Source: Halobacteriales archaeon SW_7_65_23
Lineage (GTDB): Archaea; Halobacteriota; Halobacteria; Halobacteriales; Haloarculaceae
Length of the DNA: 64,000 nt
Reading direction: 5' to 3'
Assembly: GCA_003022725.1 (NCBI GenBank)
Contig: PXSQ01000028.1
Span: forward strand, 5,123 to 69,122
Made by a program: the position numbers and the translations under genes. How positions within the stretch are numbered: the stretch's first letter is position 1; every line of letters begins with the position of its first letter. Shown piece by piece: positions 10,967 through 20,151 of the stretch. The notes under the pieces are model-generated. The model was not told where the DNA came from. It saw only the letters and a list, made by a program, of their open reading frames with translations, and ran no database searches.

Positions 10967-11020
10967 TTTGGACGAAATTGGGTGAGAGTTCGGTCGCAGT
11001 TCGGAAAATCTTCTTTTAAG
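10967..11020 (+). promoter_or_regulatory. Four TTNGG boxes at exact 11-bp period followed by TATA ttttaag
   Basis: tttgg 10967, ttggg 10978, ttcgg 10989, ttcgg 11000; ttttaag 11014; ATG 11041. Confidence 0.6.
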
Positions 11021-11040
11021 TACCTCTGTTCGAACAGAGT

Positions 11041-13146
11041 ATGCGTTCTCACGCATGGACAGTAACGATGGTCGCAGTGCTCATCGCGTCGGTGGTCGCC
11101 GGCGGGATGGGCGCGGTCGCGACCCCAGCATCGGCGGACGAACACGAAGCGAGCGTGAGTTTCTCCGGCGGCACGTCGGGCGGTGCGACGATCGTCGTCG
11201 ACGAGGTGACCCTGCCCGAGGGTGGGTTCGTCACCATCCACGACGCGTCGCTGACCGAGGGGAACACGTTCGGAAGCGTCGCCGGGACGAGCACGTATCT
11301 CGAATCCGGCACCCACGAGAACGTGACCGTCCACCTCGACGACGGGATCGAGGACGGGTCGTTCTTCGCGATGGCTCACCAGGATACGAACGACGACCGC
11401 GCGTACGCGTTCCTCTCCTCGAACGGCGGCGAGGACGGCCCCTACACCGCCGGCGGCGACATCGTCATGGAGAGCGCCGAGGTGACCGTCTCGGCGACCG
11501 TGACGGCCAGCGACCAGCCCACCGAGGGCGAGTACGTCGTCGTGGACCGCGTCGAACTCTCCGAGGGTGGGTTCGTCACCGTGCACGATTCGAGCCTCCT
11601 CGACGGTGCGGTGTTCGAGAGCGTCCGCGGCACGAGCCAGTACCTGACGGCTGGCGTCCACGAGGACGTCCGCATCCAGCTTGAGGACCCCCTGCAGAAC
11701 GACGACACGCTGCTCCCGATGGCACACCGCGACACGAACGGCAACCAGGCCTACGACTTCCCCGCCTCCGAAGGTGAGGAAGACGGGCCGTTCGTGACTG
11801 CCGGCGGTGACGCCGTCCTCGACGACGCAGCGGTCGAACTGCGCGACACGGCGACGTCGTCGTTCGACGGCGGCGCGTCCGGCGGGACGCTGGTCACCGT
11901 CGACGAACTGTTCGTTCCCGAGGGCGGCTTCGTAACGATGCACGACTCCTCGCTGACGGACGGCGAGGTGTTCGGGAGCATCCGCGGCACGAGCGAGTAC
12001 CTCGCACCCGGCCTCCACCGCGACGTTCAGGTCCGGCTGGACGAGCCGCTGGAAGAGAGCGATACGCTGCTCGCGATGGCCCACCAGGACACGAACGACA
12101 GCGAGGCCTACGACTTCCCCGACACTGAAGGCGATGAGGACGGCCCTTACACGGCCGACGGTGATATCGTGATGGACGGCGGCGACGTGACTGTCTCCGC
12201 GAGCGCCAGCCTCGACCGCCAGACGAGCGACGGCACGACCGTCGTCGTCGAGGACGTCGATCTCTCCGAGGGCGGCTTCGTGACGATCCACGACGCCTCG
12301 CTGCTTGGCGGCGCCGCGCTCGAAAGCGTCCGCGGCACGAGCGAGTACCTGGAGGCGGGCGTGCACGACGAGGTGACGATCGAACTCGACGAGCCGATTG
12401 CCGACACCCAGCAGCTGATCGCGATGCCGCACCGCGACACCAACGACAACGAGGCGTACGACTTCGTCGAGAACGAGGGCGGCGACGACGGTCCCTACAC
12501 CGCTGACGGCGGGGCTGTCGTCGACCCCGGAACGGTGGGCGTTACGGCGACAGTCGTCGCCGACGCTGACGCATCCGACGCCGAGACGGTCGTCGTCGAG
12601 CGCGTCACGCTGCACAACGGTGGCTTCGTGACGGTTCACGACTCCTCGCTGACCGACGGTGCGGTGTTCGAGAGCATCCGCGGCACGAGCGAGTACCTCG
12701 AACCCGGTACCCACGAGGGCGTCGAAATCACGCTTGAGGAGCCACTCGAGGACGACGATACGCTGTTCGCGATGGCCCACCAGGATACGAACGGCAACGA
12801 GGCGTATGACTTCCCGGATAGCGAGGGTGCCGAGGACGGCCCCTACGTCGCCGCTGGCGGCCCGGTCATGGGCCCCTTCGACGTGACTGTCGAGGACATG
12901 AGCGATGACGACGAGATGAACGGTGGCGACGACGAGATGAACGGCAGCGAGGACGATGGAATGGAAGACGACGAGATGAGCAGTGAAGACGATGAGATGA
13001 ACAGCGAAGAAGACGGCGAGATGAGCGACGACGGCGAGAGCAATGAAACCGACGACGGCAGCGGGCCGGGCTTCGGCCTGCTCGCGGTGTTCGTCGCGCT
13101 GGCAGCGGTGGCGGCAGCCGGCTACTTCGTCCGGCGGCAGGCCTGA
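11041..13146 (+). CDS. Cell-surface protein with five ~115-aa repeats (DUF7282-like), acidic Met-rich linker and PGF-CTERM anchor
   Basis: Signal peptide; 5x GGFVTxHD...AMAHxDTN...DGPY; DDEM repeats; GPGFG+TM+RR terminus. Confidence 0.85.
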   Translation: MRSHAWTVTMVAVLIASVVAGGMGAVATPASADEHEASVSFSGGTSGGATIVVDEVTLPEGGFVTIHDASLTEGNTFGSVAGTSTYLESGTHENVTVHLDDGIEDGSFFAMAHQDTNDDRAYAFLSSNGGEDGPYTAGGDIVMESAEVTVSATVTASDQPTEGEYVVVDRVELSEGGFVTVHDSSLLDGAVFESVRGTSQYLTAGVHEDVRIQLEDPLQNDDTLLPMAHRDTNGNQAYDFPASEGEEDGPFVTAGGDAVLDDAAVELRDTATSSFDGGASGGTLVTVDELFVPEGGFVTMHDSSLTDGEVFGSIRGTSEYLAPGLHRDVQVRLDEPLEESDTLLAMAHQDTNDSEAYDFPDTEGDEDGPYTADGDIVMDGGDVTVSASASLDRQTSDGTTVVVEDVDLSEGGFVTIHDASLLGGAALESVRGTSEYLEAGVHDEVTIELDEPIADTQQLIAMPHRDTNDNEAYDFVENEGGDDGPYTADGGAVVDPGTVGVTATVVADADASDAETVVVERVTLHNGGFVTVHDSSLTDGAVFESIRGTSEYLEPGTHEGVEITLEEPLEDDDTLFAMAHQDTNGNEAYDFPDSEGAEDGPYVAAGGPVMGPFDVTVEDMSDDDEMNGGDDEMNGSEDDGMEDDEMSSEDDEMNSEEDGEMSDDGESNETDDGSGPGFGLLAVFVALAAVAAAGYFVRRQA

Positions 13147-13214
13147 TCGGCCCGAACCGGACGACCGGTCCCCCTGATGTCGGGCCGTTTCGACGCTCGA
13201 CTGTTTTAACGTCA

Positions 13215-13322
13215 TACTGGTGGCTGTAAGTACGTGAAAACTCGAATTAAGAATCCAGGCGGAACGGGTCTGTATCCGCAGATAGCAGAGACTGGCGAGT
13301 AAAAGAATTACAGCCACCAGTA
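13215..13322. mobile_element. MITE-like element, subfamily A, 108 bp, complete
   Basis: TIR tactggtggctgtaa / ttacagccaccagta; tca on both flanks. Confidence 0.85.
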
Positions 13323-13396
13323 TCAGGTGGCTTTCGACTCGGAGTCATTGCTACAAAGGCGTGTCCGATGGGTATGAAAAACGCTGCGAGTCCGGC

Positions 13397-13552
13397 CTAC
13401 GCCGGCGTCACGACGTCCTGGCAGGCGGGACACTCGGCGTAGACGCCTTCGGCTCCTTCCGAACGTTCGTACTCGATCAACACGTTGTGGCGGTCGATCC
13501 TCGCCTCGCAGAGCGGACAGACGCCGACTGTGGACGGACGGTTTGCTGGCAT
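13397..13552 (-). CDS. Small zinc-finger microprotein (51 aa, two CPxC motifs); not in the ORF track
   Basis: Hand translation MPANRPSTVGVCPLCEARIDRHNVLIEYERSEGAEGVYAECPACQDVVTPA*. Confidence 0.75.
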   Translation of the reverse strand: MPANRPSTVGVCPLCEARIDRHNVLIEYERSEGAEGVYAECPACQDVVTPA

Positions 13553-13734
13553 ATGTATTCTGATAAGGGGAAAGAGCGTGTGACGCGCTCTTGTGGAACG
13601 AGGGCGGGGTGCCCTCTACTTCATCGTAAGGCCTGCCGGGGGTAAATATGCCAGCCATGCAGAGTGAAAGTAAAACCGCGGGAAGCGCCTGGTGTGTTTC
13701 GAGTTCACGACCCTCATGCTGGTGGAGCCGCTCA

Positions 13735-13814
13735 TAGTGATTATTGTGAGTCATTCCGGGATCGACTACACGCAGTCGTGCGGTCGGCCCGGTAAACAGT
13801 CACAATAATCATTA
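13735..13814. mobile_element. MITE-like element, 80-bp class, complete
   Basis: TIR tagtgattattgtga / tcacaataatcatta; tca flanks; whole element can fold back. Confidence 0.8.
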
Positions 13815-14116
13815 TCAGCGGGGAACTGGTCGTCGCTGAACAACCCCGAGATGTCGACGCCGACACGGTCCGGGTCGTCCGGAAGTAGCCGTTCTTTCCC
13901 CTCGCGCGAGCGGTCCTTGATCCGGTACTCGCGGCGCTGGGCGGCGCTCCTGCTGTCGTGGTACTCGACGTATCGGAGCGTGACCGGCCGCCGACCCGCC
14001 GTGTACTTCGCGCCGTCGCCGGCGTTGTGCTCGTCGATTCGCCGCCCCACGTCCGTCGTGTACCCGGTGTACAGCGAGCCGTCGCTGCATTCGACGACGT
14101 AGACGTAGTGGACCAT
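13766..14116 (-). CDS. GIY-YIG nuclease family protein (UPF0213/YhbQ-like); C-terminus derived from the 80-bp element
   Basis: YVYVVECSDGSLYTGYTTD...HNAGDGAKYTAGRRP...REYRIK. Confidence 0.85.
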   Translation of the reverse strand: MVHYVYVVECSDGSLYTGYTTDVGRRIDEHNAGDGAKYTAGRRPVTLRYVEYHDSRSAAQRREYRIKDRSREGKERLLPDDPDRVGVDISGLFSDDQFPADNDYCDCLPGRPHDCV

Positions 14117-14315
14117 CCACGCGATACTGGTGGCCGGAACGACAAATCCCTTCCTTCCGGCGGCGCTCGCTACCGGGGGTCGCGGGCGCCCGGCGCCTCG
14201 CCGACCCGGACCGGCCCCACCTCCCAGGCCTCGCCGCAGAGTTTGCCGCGTACCGCCCTCTTCAGCCGTATCCGAACCACGCTACTTATCTATCACTCGT
14301 GACTATCACCGGGTA

Positions 14316-15527
14316 ATGAGACGTCGAACCTTCGTATCAGCGCTCGGAACCGGCGTCGTCGTGTCGCTGGCCGGCTGTACCGGCGACGACGACGGCAGCG
14401 AGAACGGTAACGGCAGTAACGGCAATGGAGACGGCGGGAACGGGAACGGAAACGGTGGCAATGGGAATGGCGACACGGAGACGCCCACCGAGACGCCGAC
14501 GGAGAACGGCGACGACGGGATGGAGAACGGCGAGGACGACGGTGCCACGACCAACGGCGAGGAGTCGACGCTGACGGTCGGGACCTACAGCGCGTTCCTC
14601 GATGCGCCCTCGATCAGCCCCGGCGAGTGGCTCAAAGAGGAGTTCGAGTCGACGGTCGACGCCACCCTGAAGTGGGATGCGCCGGAGAACGAGGTCAACC
14701 ACTACATCGAGCGCCAGCTCGCTGGCGAGGGCAGCGGCGCGGACATGTACGTCGGGCTGAACGTCGACCAGCTCGTCCGCGTCGACGACGAGCTCGACGA
14801 CGCGCTGTTCGCCGAAGCCGGCGACGTCGCCGGCCGCGACCAGGTCAAACCGGGGTTGTCGTTCGACCCCGACGGCCGCGCGATCCCCTACGACACGGGG
14901 TACATCTGCCCGGTGTACGACGGCACCGCGATCGAGGCGCCCGAGACGTTCGACGGGCTCCTCGACGAGGAGTACCGCGGCGACCTGATCACCCAGGACC
15001 CCGCCGCCTCGGCGACCGGGCGGGCGTTCCTGCTGCACACGGTCCACCAGTACGGCGCGGACGGCTACCTCGATTACTGGGCGGACCTGCAGGACAACGA
15101 CGTCCGGGTGCTGGGTTCCTGGAGCGACGCCTACGGCGCCTGGAGCGAAGGCGAGGCGCCGATGGTGGTCTCCTACTCCACTGACCAGGTGTTTGCCGCG
15201 GGGAACGACGCGAACCTTGAGAAACACCAGATCCGCTTCCTCGACGACGAGGGGTACGCCAACCCCGAGGGGATGGCGCTGTTTTCCGACGCAAACGAAC
15301 CCGACCTCGCCCGCGAGTTCATGGGCTTCGTCCTGCAGCCGGAGATCCAGGGCGAAATCGCCGAGCGGAACGTCCAGTTCCCGGCGACCGACAACGCCGA
15401 GCTCTCGCCGGACTACGACGAGCTCGCCCACGAGCCGCCCGAGCCAGTGACGTTTACCTACGAGGAGCTTCAGGGATCGATCAGTGAGTGGATCGAGGAC
15501 TGGGAACGGCAGTTCGCCCAGCAGTAG
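14316..15527 (+). CDS. thiB: Thiamine ABC transporter substrate-binding lipoprotein (Tat)
   Basis: MRRRTFV...LAGC; PYDTGYIC, SATGRAF, GEAPMVVSYSTD motifs; first gene of an ABC operon. Confidence 0.85.
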   Translation: MRRRTFVSALGTGVVVSLAGCTGDDDGSENGNGSNGNGDGGNGNGNGGNGNGDTETPTETPTENGDDGMENGEDDGATTNGEESTLTVGTYSAFLDAPSISPGEWLKEEFESTVDATLKWDAPENEVNHYIERQLAGEGSGADMYVGLNVDQLVRVDDELDDALFAEAGDVAGRDQVKPGLSFDPDGRAIPYDTGYICPVYDGTAIEAPETFDGLLDEEYRGDLITQDPAASATGRAFLLHTVHQYGADGYLDYWADLQDNDVRVLGSWSDAYGAWSEGEAPMVVSYSTDQVFAAGNDANLEKHQIRFLDDEGYANPEGMALFSDANEPDLAREFMGFVLQPEIQGEIAERNVQFPATDNAELSPDYDELAHEPPEPVTFTYEELQGSISEWIEDWERQFAQQ

Positions 15528-17436
15528 CCGGCCCGCCGCTGACGGCGGCTCCCGGCAGCAGCCCCGGGCCCGGACGGACGGCGGCTCCCAGCAGCGGTCA
15601 CGGTCCCGGACGGACGGCGGGCCGGCGACGCCGGCCGGCACTGTCGCCGACGGCGAGCGCCGCAGCCGGTCGCTCCGCAACCGCGTCGAACGCCGGGCGC
15701 TCGCCGTGCTCGGCGCTACAGCCGTCGCCCTGCTCGTCGGGATGTTCTACTACCCGGTCGCGACGGTGTTCGTCGAGGCGGTCGTCGTCGACGGCGCCGC
15801 CACACTCTCTGTGTTCGTCGAGATCCTCCGGGATCCGTTCTACTTCGGCGAACTCGCCCGGCTGTTCGCCGGCGAGTCGCCGCTGTCGGTTGCGGGGGAC
15901 CTGCTCTCGCCCGACCGCCGGCTGGGCATTGTCGGGTTCACGGCCTACCAGGCGGCGCTGTCGACGGTCGCCAGCGTCGCGCTGGGGCTGCCGGCGGCGT
16001 ACGTCCTGGCTCGCTACGAGTTCCCAGGTCGGCAGACGCTGCGCTCGCTGACGATCCTGCCGTTCGTGCTCCCGTCGATCATGGTCGCGGTCGGGTTCGT
16101 CGCCGCGTTCGGCCGCAACGGCCCGATCAACGCCGCCCTCGGGCTGGTCGGGCTGGGCCCGATCGAGTGGCTGTTCTCGCTGAAAGCGATCGTGCTGGCC
16201 CACGCCTTCTACAACGCGCCGCTGGTGGCGCGGCTCACGACCGCCGCCTGGGAGTCCGTCGACGCCAGCGCCGTCGAGACCGCGCGCAGCCTCGGCGCCG
16301 GCCCGCGGCGGGCGTTTCTCGACGTCGTCGCGCCGCAGCTGTACCCCGCCGTCCTGATGAGCGCCGCCCTCACCTTCGTGTTCACGTTCGGCACGTTCCC
16401 GATCGTGCTCGCGCTGGGTGATTTCAGCCTCGCGACCGTGGAGGTGTTCGTCTACCGGCTGATCCAGGACCTCGACTACGCGGAGGCGGCCGGCCTCGCC
16501 GTCGTCGAACTCGTCATCTCGCTGTCGATCCTCTACGCGTACCTGCGCTACGAGGCGCGCCAGTCCGCGGCGGCGCGTGGTGCGCGCCCGCTCCCGCGCA
16601 AACCGCTCCGTCCGCCGTCGCTGTCGATCCGCGACCTCCTCCCGCGGCTCGGCATCGCCGTGTACGCCGCCATCGCCGTCGTCGTCTTCCTGGTGCCGAT
16701 CGCGAGCATGCTCCAGGCGAGCGTCACCGACGCGGGCGGGGTCACGCTCGACCACTACCGCTTTCTGGTCGAACGGCAGGCCGGCGGCGCGGCGTTCCAG
16801 GTCCAGCCCTGGCCGGCGATCCGCAACTCCCTGCTCTTTGGCGCGGCGGCGCTCGCCGTCGCCCTGCCGATGGGGGTGATCGTCGCGGTGCTGACCACGC
16901 GCTCGTACCGGGGGCGGAAGCTCGTTGACGCCGTCGCGATGGCGCCGCTGTCGGTGTCGGGAATCGTCGTCGGCCTCGGCCTGCTGCGCGGGCTGGTGTT
17001 CGGCACCGAGATCGGCAGCGTCGAAATCGCGATCACCGGCGCCGTCGCCATCGTCGCTGCCCACGCCGTCGCGGGCTACCCCTTTGTCGTCCGGACCGTC
17101 GCGCCGGGGCTGGAGCGGCTCGATCCCCAGCTGCTGGAGTCGGCGCGCGCACTGGGGGCCTCCCGTGTGCGGGCGCTGCTCGACGTCGAACTCCCGCTGG
17201 TGTGGCCCGGTGTCGTCGCCGGGGCGGCCTTTGCCTTTGCCATCTCCATCGGCGAGTTCTCCGCGACGGTGATCCTCGCGACCGGCGCCGACCAGTTCAC
17301 GATGCCGATCGCGATCGAGCGGTTCATCGGCCGCCGGCTCGGCCCCGCGACTGCGATGGGCGTCGTCCTGCTGGTCGTCACGAGCGTCAGTTTCGTCGTG
17401 ATCGACCGCCTCGGGGGTGAGCACCGTGGCCTCTGA
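15484..17436 (+). CDS. thiP: Thiamine ABC transporter permease (start uncertain)
   Basis: Two EAA-like loops (VETARSLGA, LESARALGA); FTAYQAALST; LAHAFYNAPL. Confidence 0.85.
   Translation: MSGSRTGNGSSPSSSRPAADGGSRQQPRARTDGGSQQRSRSRTDGGPATPAGTVADGERRSRSLRNRVERRALAVLGATAVALLVGMFYYPVATVFVEAVVVDGAATLSVFVEILRDPFYFGELARLFAGESPLSVAGDLLSPDRRLGIVGFTAYQAALSTVASVALGLPAAYVLARYEFPGRQTLRSLTILPFVLPSIMVAVGFVAAFGRNGPINAALGLVGLGPIEWLFSLKAIVLAHAFYNAPLVARLTTAAWESVDASAVETARSLGAGPRRAFLDVVAPQLYPAVLMSAALTFVFTFGTFPIVLALGDFSLATVEVFVYRLIQDLDYAEAAGLAVVELVISLSILYAYLRYEARQSAAARGARPLPRKPLRPPSLSIRDLLPRLGIAVYAAIAVVVFLVPIASMLQASVTDAGGVTLDHYRFLVERQAGGAAFQVQPWPAIRNSLLFGAAALAVALPMGVIVAVLTTRSYRGRKLVDAVAMAPLSVSGIVVGLGLLRGLVFGTEIGSVEIAITGAVAIVAAHAVAGYPFVVRTVAPGLERLDPQLLESARALGASRVRALLDVELPLVWPGVVAGAAFAFAISIGEFSATVILATGADQFTMPIAIERFIGRRLGPATAMGVVLLVVTSVSFVVIDRLGGEHRGL
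15541..15620 (+). repeat. 36-bp tandem repeat (2 copies plus a partial) in the thiP 5' region
   Basis: gacggcggctccc... at 15541 and 15577, gacggcgg at 15613; encodes repeated (T)DGG. Confidence 0.6.
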
Positions 17437-18565
17437 TGGCCCTGACACGGATCGCCGCCGCCCCACCGGTCCGTCGGCGATCGAACTCGACGGCGTCACG
17501 AAGCGCTACGCCACGACGACCGCGGTCGACGACGTTTCCCTCTCGGTCGCCGACGGCGAGTTCTTCACGCTCGTCGGCCCCTCGGGCTGTGGCAAGACGA
17601 CGACGCTGCGGCTGGTCGGCGGCTTCGAGGCGCCGACGGAGGGCGCGATCCGGCTGGGCGGCGCCGACGCCGCGGGCGTCCCGCCGGAGGACCGGGACGT
17701 CGGCGTCGTGTTTCAGAACTACGCGCTGTTCCCGCACATGACCGTCGGCGAGAACGTGGCTTACGGCCTCAAGTTCGCCGATGCACCGGGGGGCGTCTCC
17801 GACGAGGAACGCGTCGCGGAGTTGCTGGAGCTGGTCGATCTCGCCGGCGCGGAGGATCGCGATCCCGCAGCACTGTCGGGTGGCCAGCGCCAGCGGATCG
17901 CGATGGCCCGCGCGCTGGCGCCCGGCCCCGACGTCCTGCTGCTCGACGAGCCGATGAGTGCCCTCGACGCGAAGCTCCGCGAGCGCCTCCGGGTACAGAT
18001 CCGCGAGATCCAGCAGGAGCTGTCGATTACGACGCTGTACGTCACCCATGACCAGGAGGAGGCGCTGGCGGTCTCGGACCGCGTCGCCGTGATGCGCGAC
18101 GGCCGGGTCGAGCAGATCGGCCGCCCCCGCGAGATCTACGACCGGCCCGCCACCCGCTTCGTCGCGGCGTTCGTCGGCGACAACAACGTCTTCGACGGCC
18201 CCGTCACTGACGTCGAATCGACCGCCGACGGCTGGCTGGTGACCGTCGAGGTCGGCGACGGGACAGCCGTCACGGTGGCCCTCGACAGCCTCCCGGGCGA
18301 CGGTTCTGAGGGCCCGGGCGACGACTCGGACGTCCGGGTCGGCGATAGACTCACGTTCTGCGTCCGCCCGGAACACCTCGCGGTCGACGGCGGGACGAAC
18401 GCGCTCTCGGCGACGGTCGCGAGCGCGGAGTTCCTCGGCGAGACGACGCGGGTTCACCTCGACTGGGGCGGCCGTGAACTCCTCGCCCGCACCACGACGG
18501 GGCTCGACGGCGACGTGACGCTCGGCTTCGATCCGACGGACGCGCACGTGGTGGGTGTCGACTAA
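17417..18565 (+). CDS. thiQ: ABC transporter ATP-binding subunit
   Basis: GPSGCGKT, LSGGQRQR, LLLDEP, THDQ; TOBE-like tail. Confidence 0.85.
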   Translation: MSTVASDGPDTDRRRPTGPSAIELDGVTKRYATTTAVDDVSLSVADGEFFTLVGPSGCGKTTTLRLVGGFEAPTEGAIRLGGADAAGVPPEDRDVGVVFQNYALFPHMTVGENVAYGLKFADAPGGVSDEERVAELLELVDLAGAEDRDPAALSGGQRQRIAMARALAPGPDVLLLDEPMSALDAKLRERLRVQIREIQQELSITTLYVTHDQEEALAVSDRVAVMRDGRVEQIGRPREIYDRPATRFVAAFVGDNNVFDGPVTDVESTADGWLVTVEVGDGTAVTVALDSLPGDGSEGPGDDSDVRVGDRLTFCVRPEHLAVDGGTNALSATVASAEFLGETTRVHLDWGGRELLARTTTGLDGDVTLGFDPTDAHVVGVD

Positions 18566-18626
18566 CAGACGGTTCCTGGCGGGCGAGGGGAATGTATAAC
18601 CAGCCGCAGGCCGGAGTTGCGGACGT

Positions 18627-20078
18627 ATGAGCTACGACGGCCCAACCAGCCTCTACATCGGCGGCGAATGGACGGACGGCGCGGCCGAAGACACGATCGA
18701 ATCACTCGATCCCGCGACCGGCGAGACGTACGCCACAGTACCGGCGGCCACCGCGGCCGACGTCGACAGCGCGGTCGAGGCCGCGGCGGCGGCCGTCGCA
18801 CGCGGGAGCGAGTGGCGCTCGATGGACCCCAGAGAGCGCGCCGCGATCCTCCACGATTTCACCGACGCACTGGAGTCGATGCGCGACGACATCACGCTGA
18901 CCGAGTCCCGGGACAACGGCAAGACGCTGTTCGAGGCGAAGCTGGAGTTCGGGATGGTGACCGACACGTTCCGGTACTTCGCCGGCTGGGCGGACAAGAT
19001 CGAGGGGAGCCAGATCCCCGTGCCCGGCGACCGCGTCGACTACACGCTCCGGGAGCCGGTCGGGGTTACCGCACATATCGCCCCCTGGAACTACCCGTTC
19101 CAGCTCGCGGGCCGCAGCCTCGCGCCCGCGCTGGCGGCGGGCAACAGCGTCGTCCTCAAACCCTCCGAACAGACGCCGCTGTCGGCGCTGTACTACGCCG
19201 AGGCCGCCGAACAGGCCGGGCTCCCCGACGGCGTGCTCAACGTCGTCCCCGGCCGCGGGAGCACCGTCGGCGACCCGCTCGTGACCCACGACGACGTCGA
19301 CCACGTCGCCTTCACTGGCAGCACCGAGATCGGCAAGCGCGTCGGCGGAAACGCCGGCGAGAACGTCGCCGACGTGACGCTGGAACTCGGCGGCAAGGGG
19401 CCCCAGATCGTGTTCCCCGACGCCGACCTCGAGGCGGCCACCCAGGGCGTCCACTACGGCATCTTCATGAACTGCGGGCAGATGTGCTGGGCCGGCTCGC
19501 GCCTGCTCGCCCACGAGGCGATCCACGACGACCTCGTCGAGATGGTCGTCGAGAGCGCCGAGTCGATTCCGCTCGGGTCCGGCATCGACGACGACGGCCG
19601 CATGGGCCCGATGGTCAGCGAATCCCAGCGCGAGGAGGTGCTGGAGTACATCGAGACCGGGAAAGCGGAGGGCGCGACCGTCGCGGCCGGCGGCGGGATC
19701 CCTGCGGAGAAGGACGCGGGCTACTTTATCGAGCCGACCGTTCTCACCGACGTCACCAACGACATGACCGTCGCCCGCGAGGAGATCTTCGGACCGGTGC
19801 TGTCGGTGATCGAGGTGAGCGACGAAGAAAAAGCCCTGGAAGTTGCCAACGACTCGCCGTACGGCCTGATGGCCTGCGTCTGGACGAGCGACCTCGAGCG
19901 GGCCCACGAGTTCGCCCGCGACCTCGAGTACGGGATGGTCAACGTCAACGAGACGCCCAACACGTTCCCGCAGACGCCCTTCGGCGGCGTCAAGGAGAGC
20001 GGCGTCGGCCGCGAACAGGGCAAGTACGCCATCGAGGAGTACACCCGCGTCCGCAACGTCAACGTCAACCTGGAGTAG
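18627..20078 (+). CDS. NAD(P)-dependent aldehyde dehydrogenase
   Basis: PWNYP, KPSEQTP, FTGSTEIG, LELGGK, GQMCWAG, EEIFGP. Confidence 0.92.
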   Translation: MSYDGPTSLYIGGEWTDGAAEDTIESLDPATGETYATVPAATAADVDSAVEAAAAAVARGSEWRSMDPRERAAILHDFTDALESMRDDITLTESRDNGKTLFEAKLEFGMVTDTFRYFAGWADKIEGSQIPVPGDRVDYTLREPVGVTAHIAPWNYPFQLAGRSLAPALAAGNSVVLKPSEQTPLSALYYAEAAEQAGLPDGVLNVVPGRGSTVGDPLVTHDDVDHVAFTGSTEIGKRVGGNAGENVADVTLELGGKGPQIVFPDADLEAATQGVHYGIFMNCGQMCWAGSRLLAHEAIHDDLVEMVVESAESIPLGSGIDDDGRMGPMVSESQREEVLEYIETGKAEGATVAAGGGIPAEKDAGYFIEPTVLTDVTNDMTVAREEIFGPVLSVIEVSDEEKALEVANDSPYGLMACVWTSDLERAHEFARDLEYGMVNVNETPNTFPQTPFGGVKESGVGREQGKYAIEEYTRVRNVNVNLE

Positions 20079-20151
20079 TTCCCGACACTGTCGCCAGCGC
20101 GGCCACAGTCACTCGGGCGACCCCCCAGCACCGTCGCCGTTGCGGCCGCAG

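Noticed and set aside
10405-13317. 970-aa minus-strand ORF and similar long antisense ORFs (5831-7219, 15598-17499, 40990-43167, 49303-51663)
   Set aside because: Shadows of real genes caused by high-GC codon bias
13212-13325. Reading the elements as IS630-type with a TA duplication
   Set aside because: It would need tcaTAtca/tgaTAtga by coincidence at every site; the nested cases restore a normal TIR only with a 3-bp TGA duplication
14130-14315. TPP riboswitch before thiB
   Set aside because: The TATA-like element lies ~30 bp from the ATG, leaving no leader, and no TPP consensus was seen
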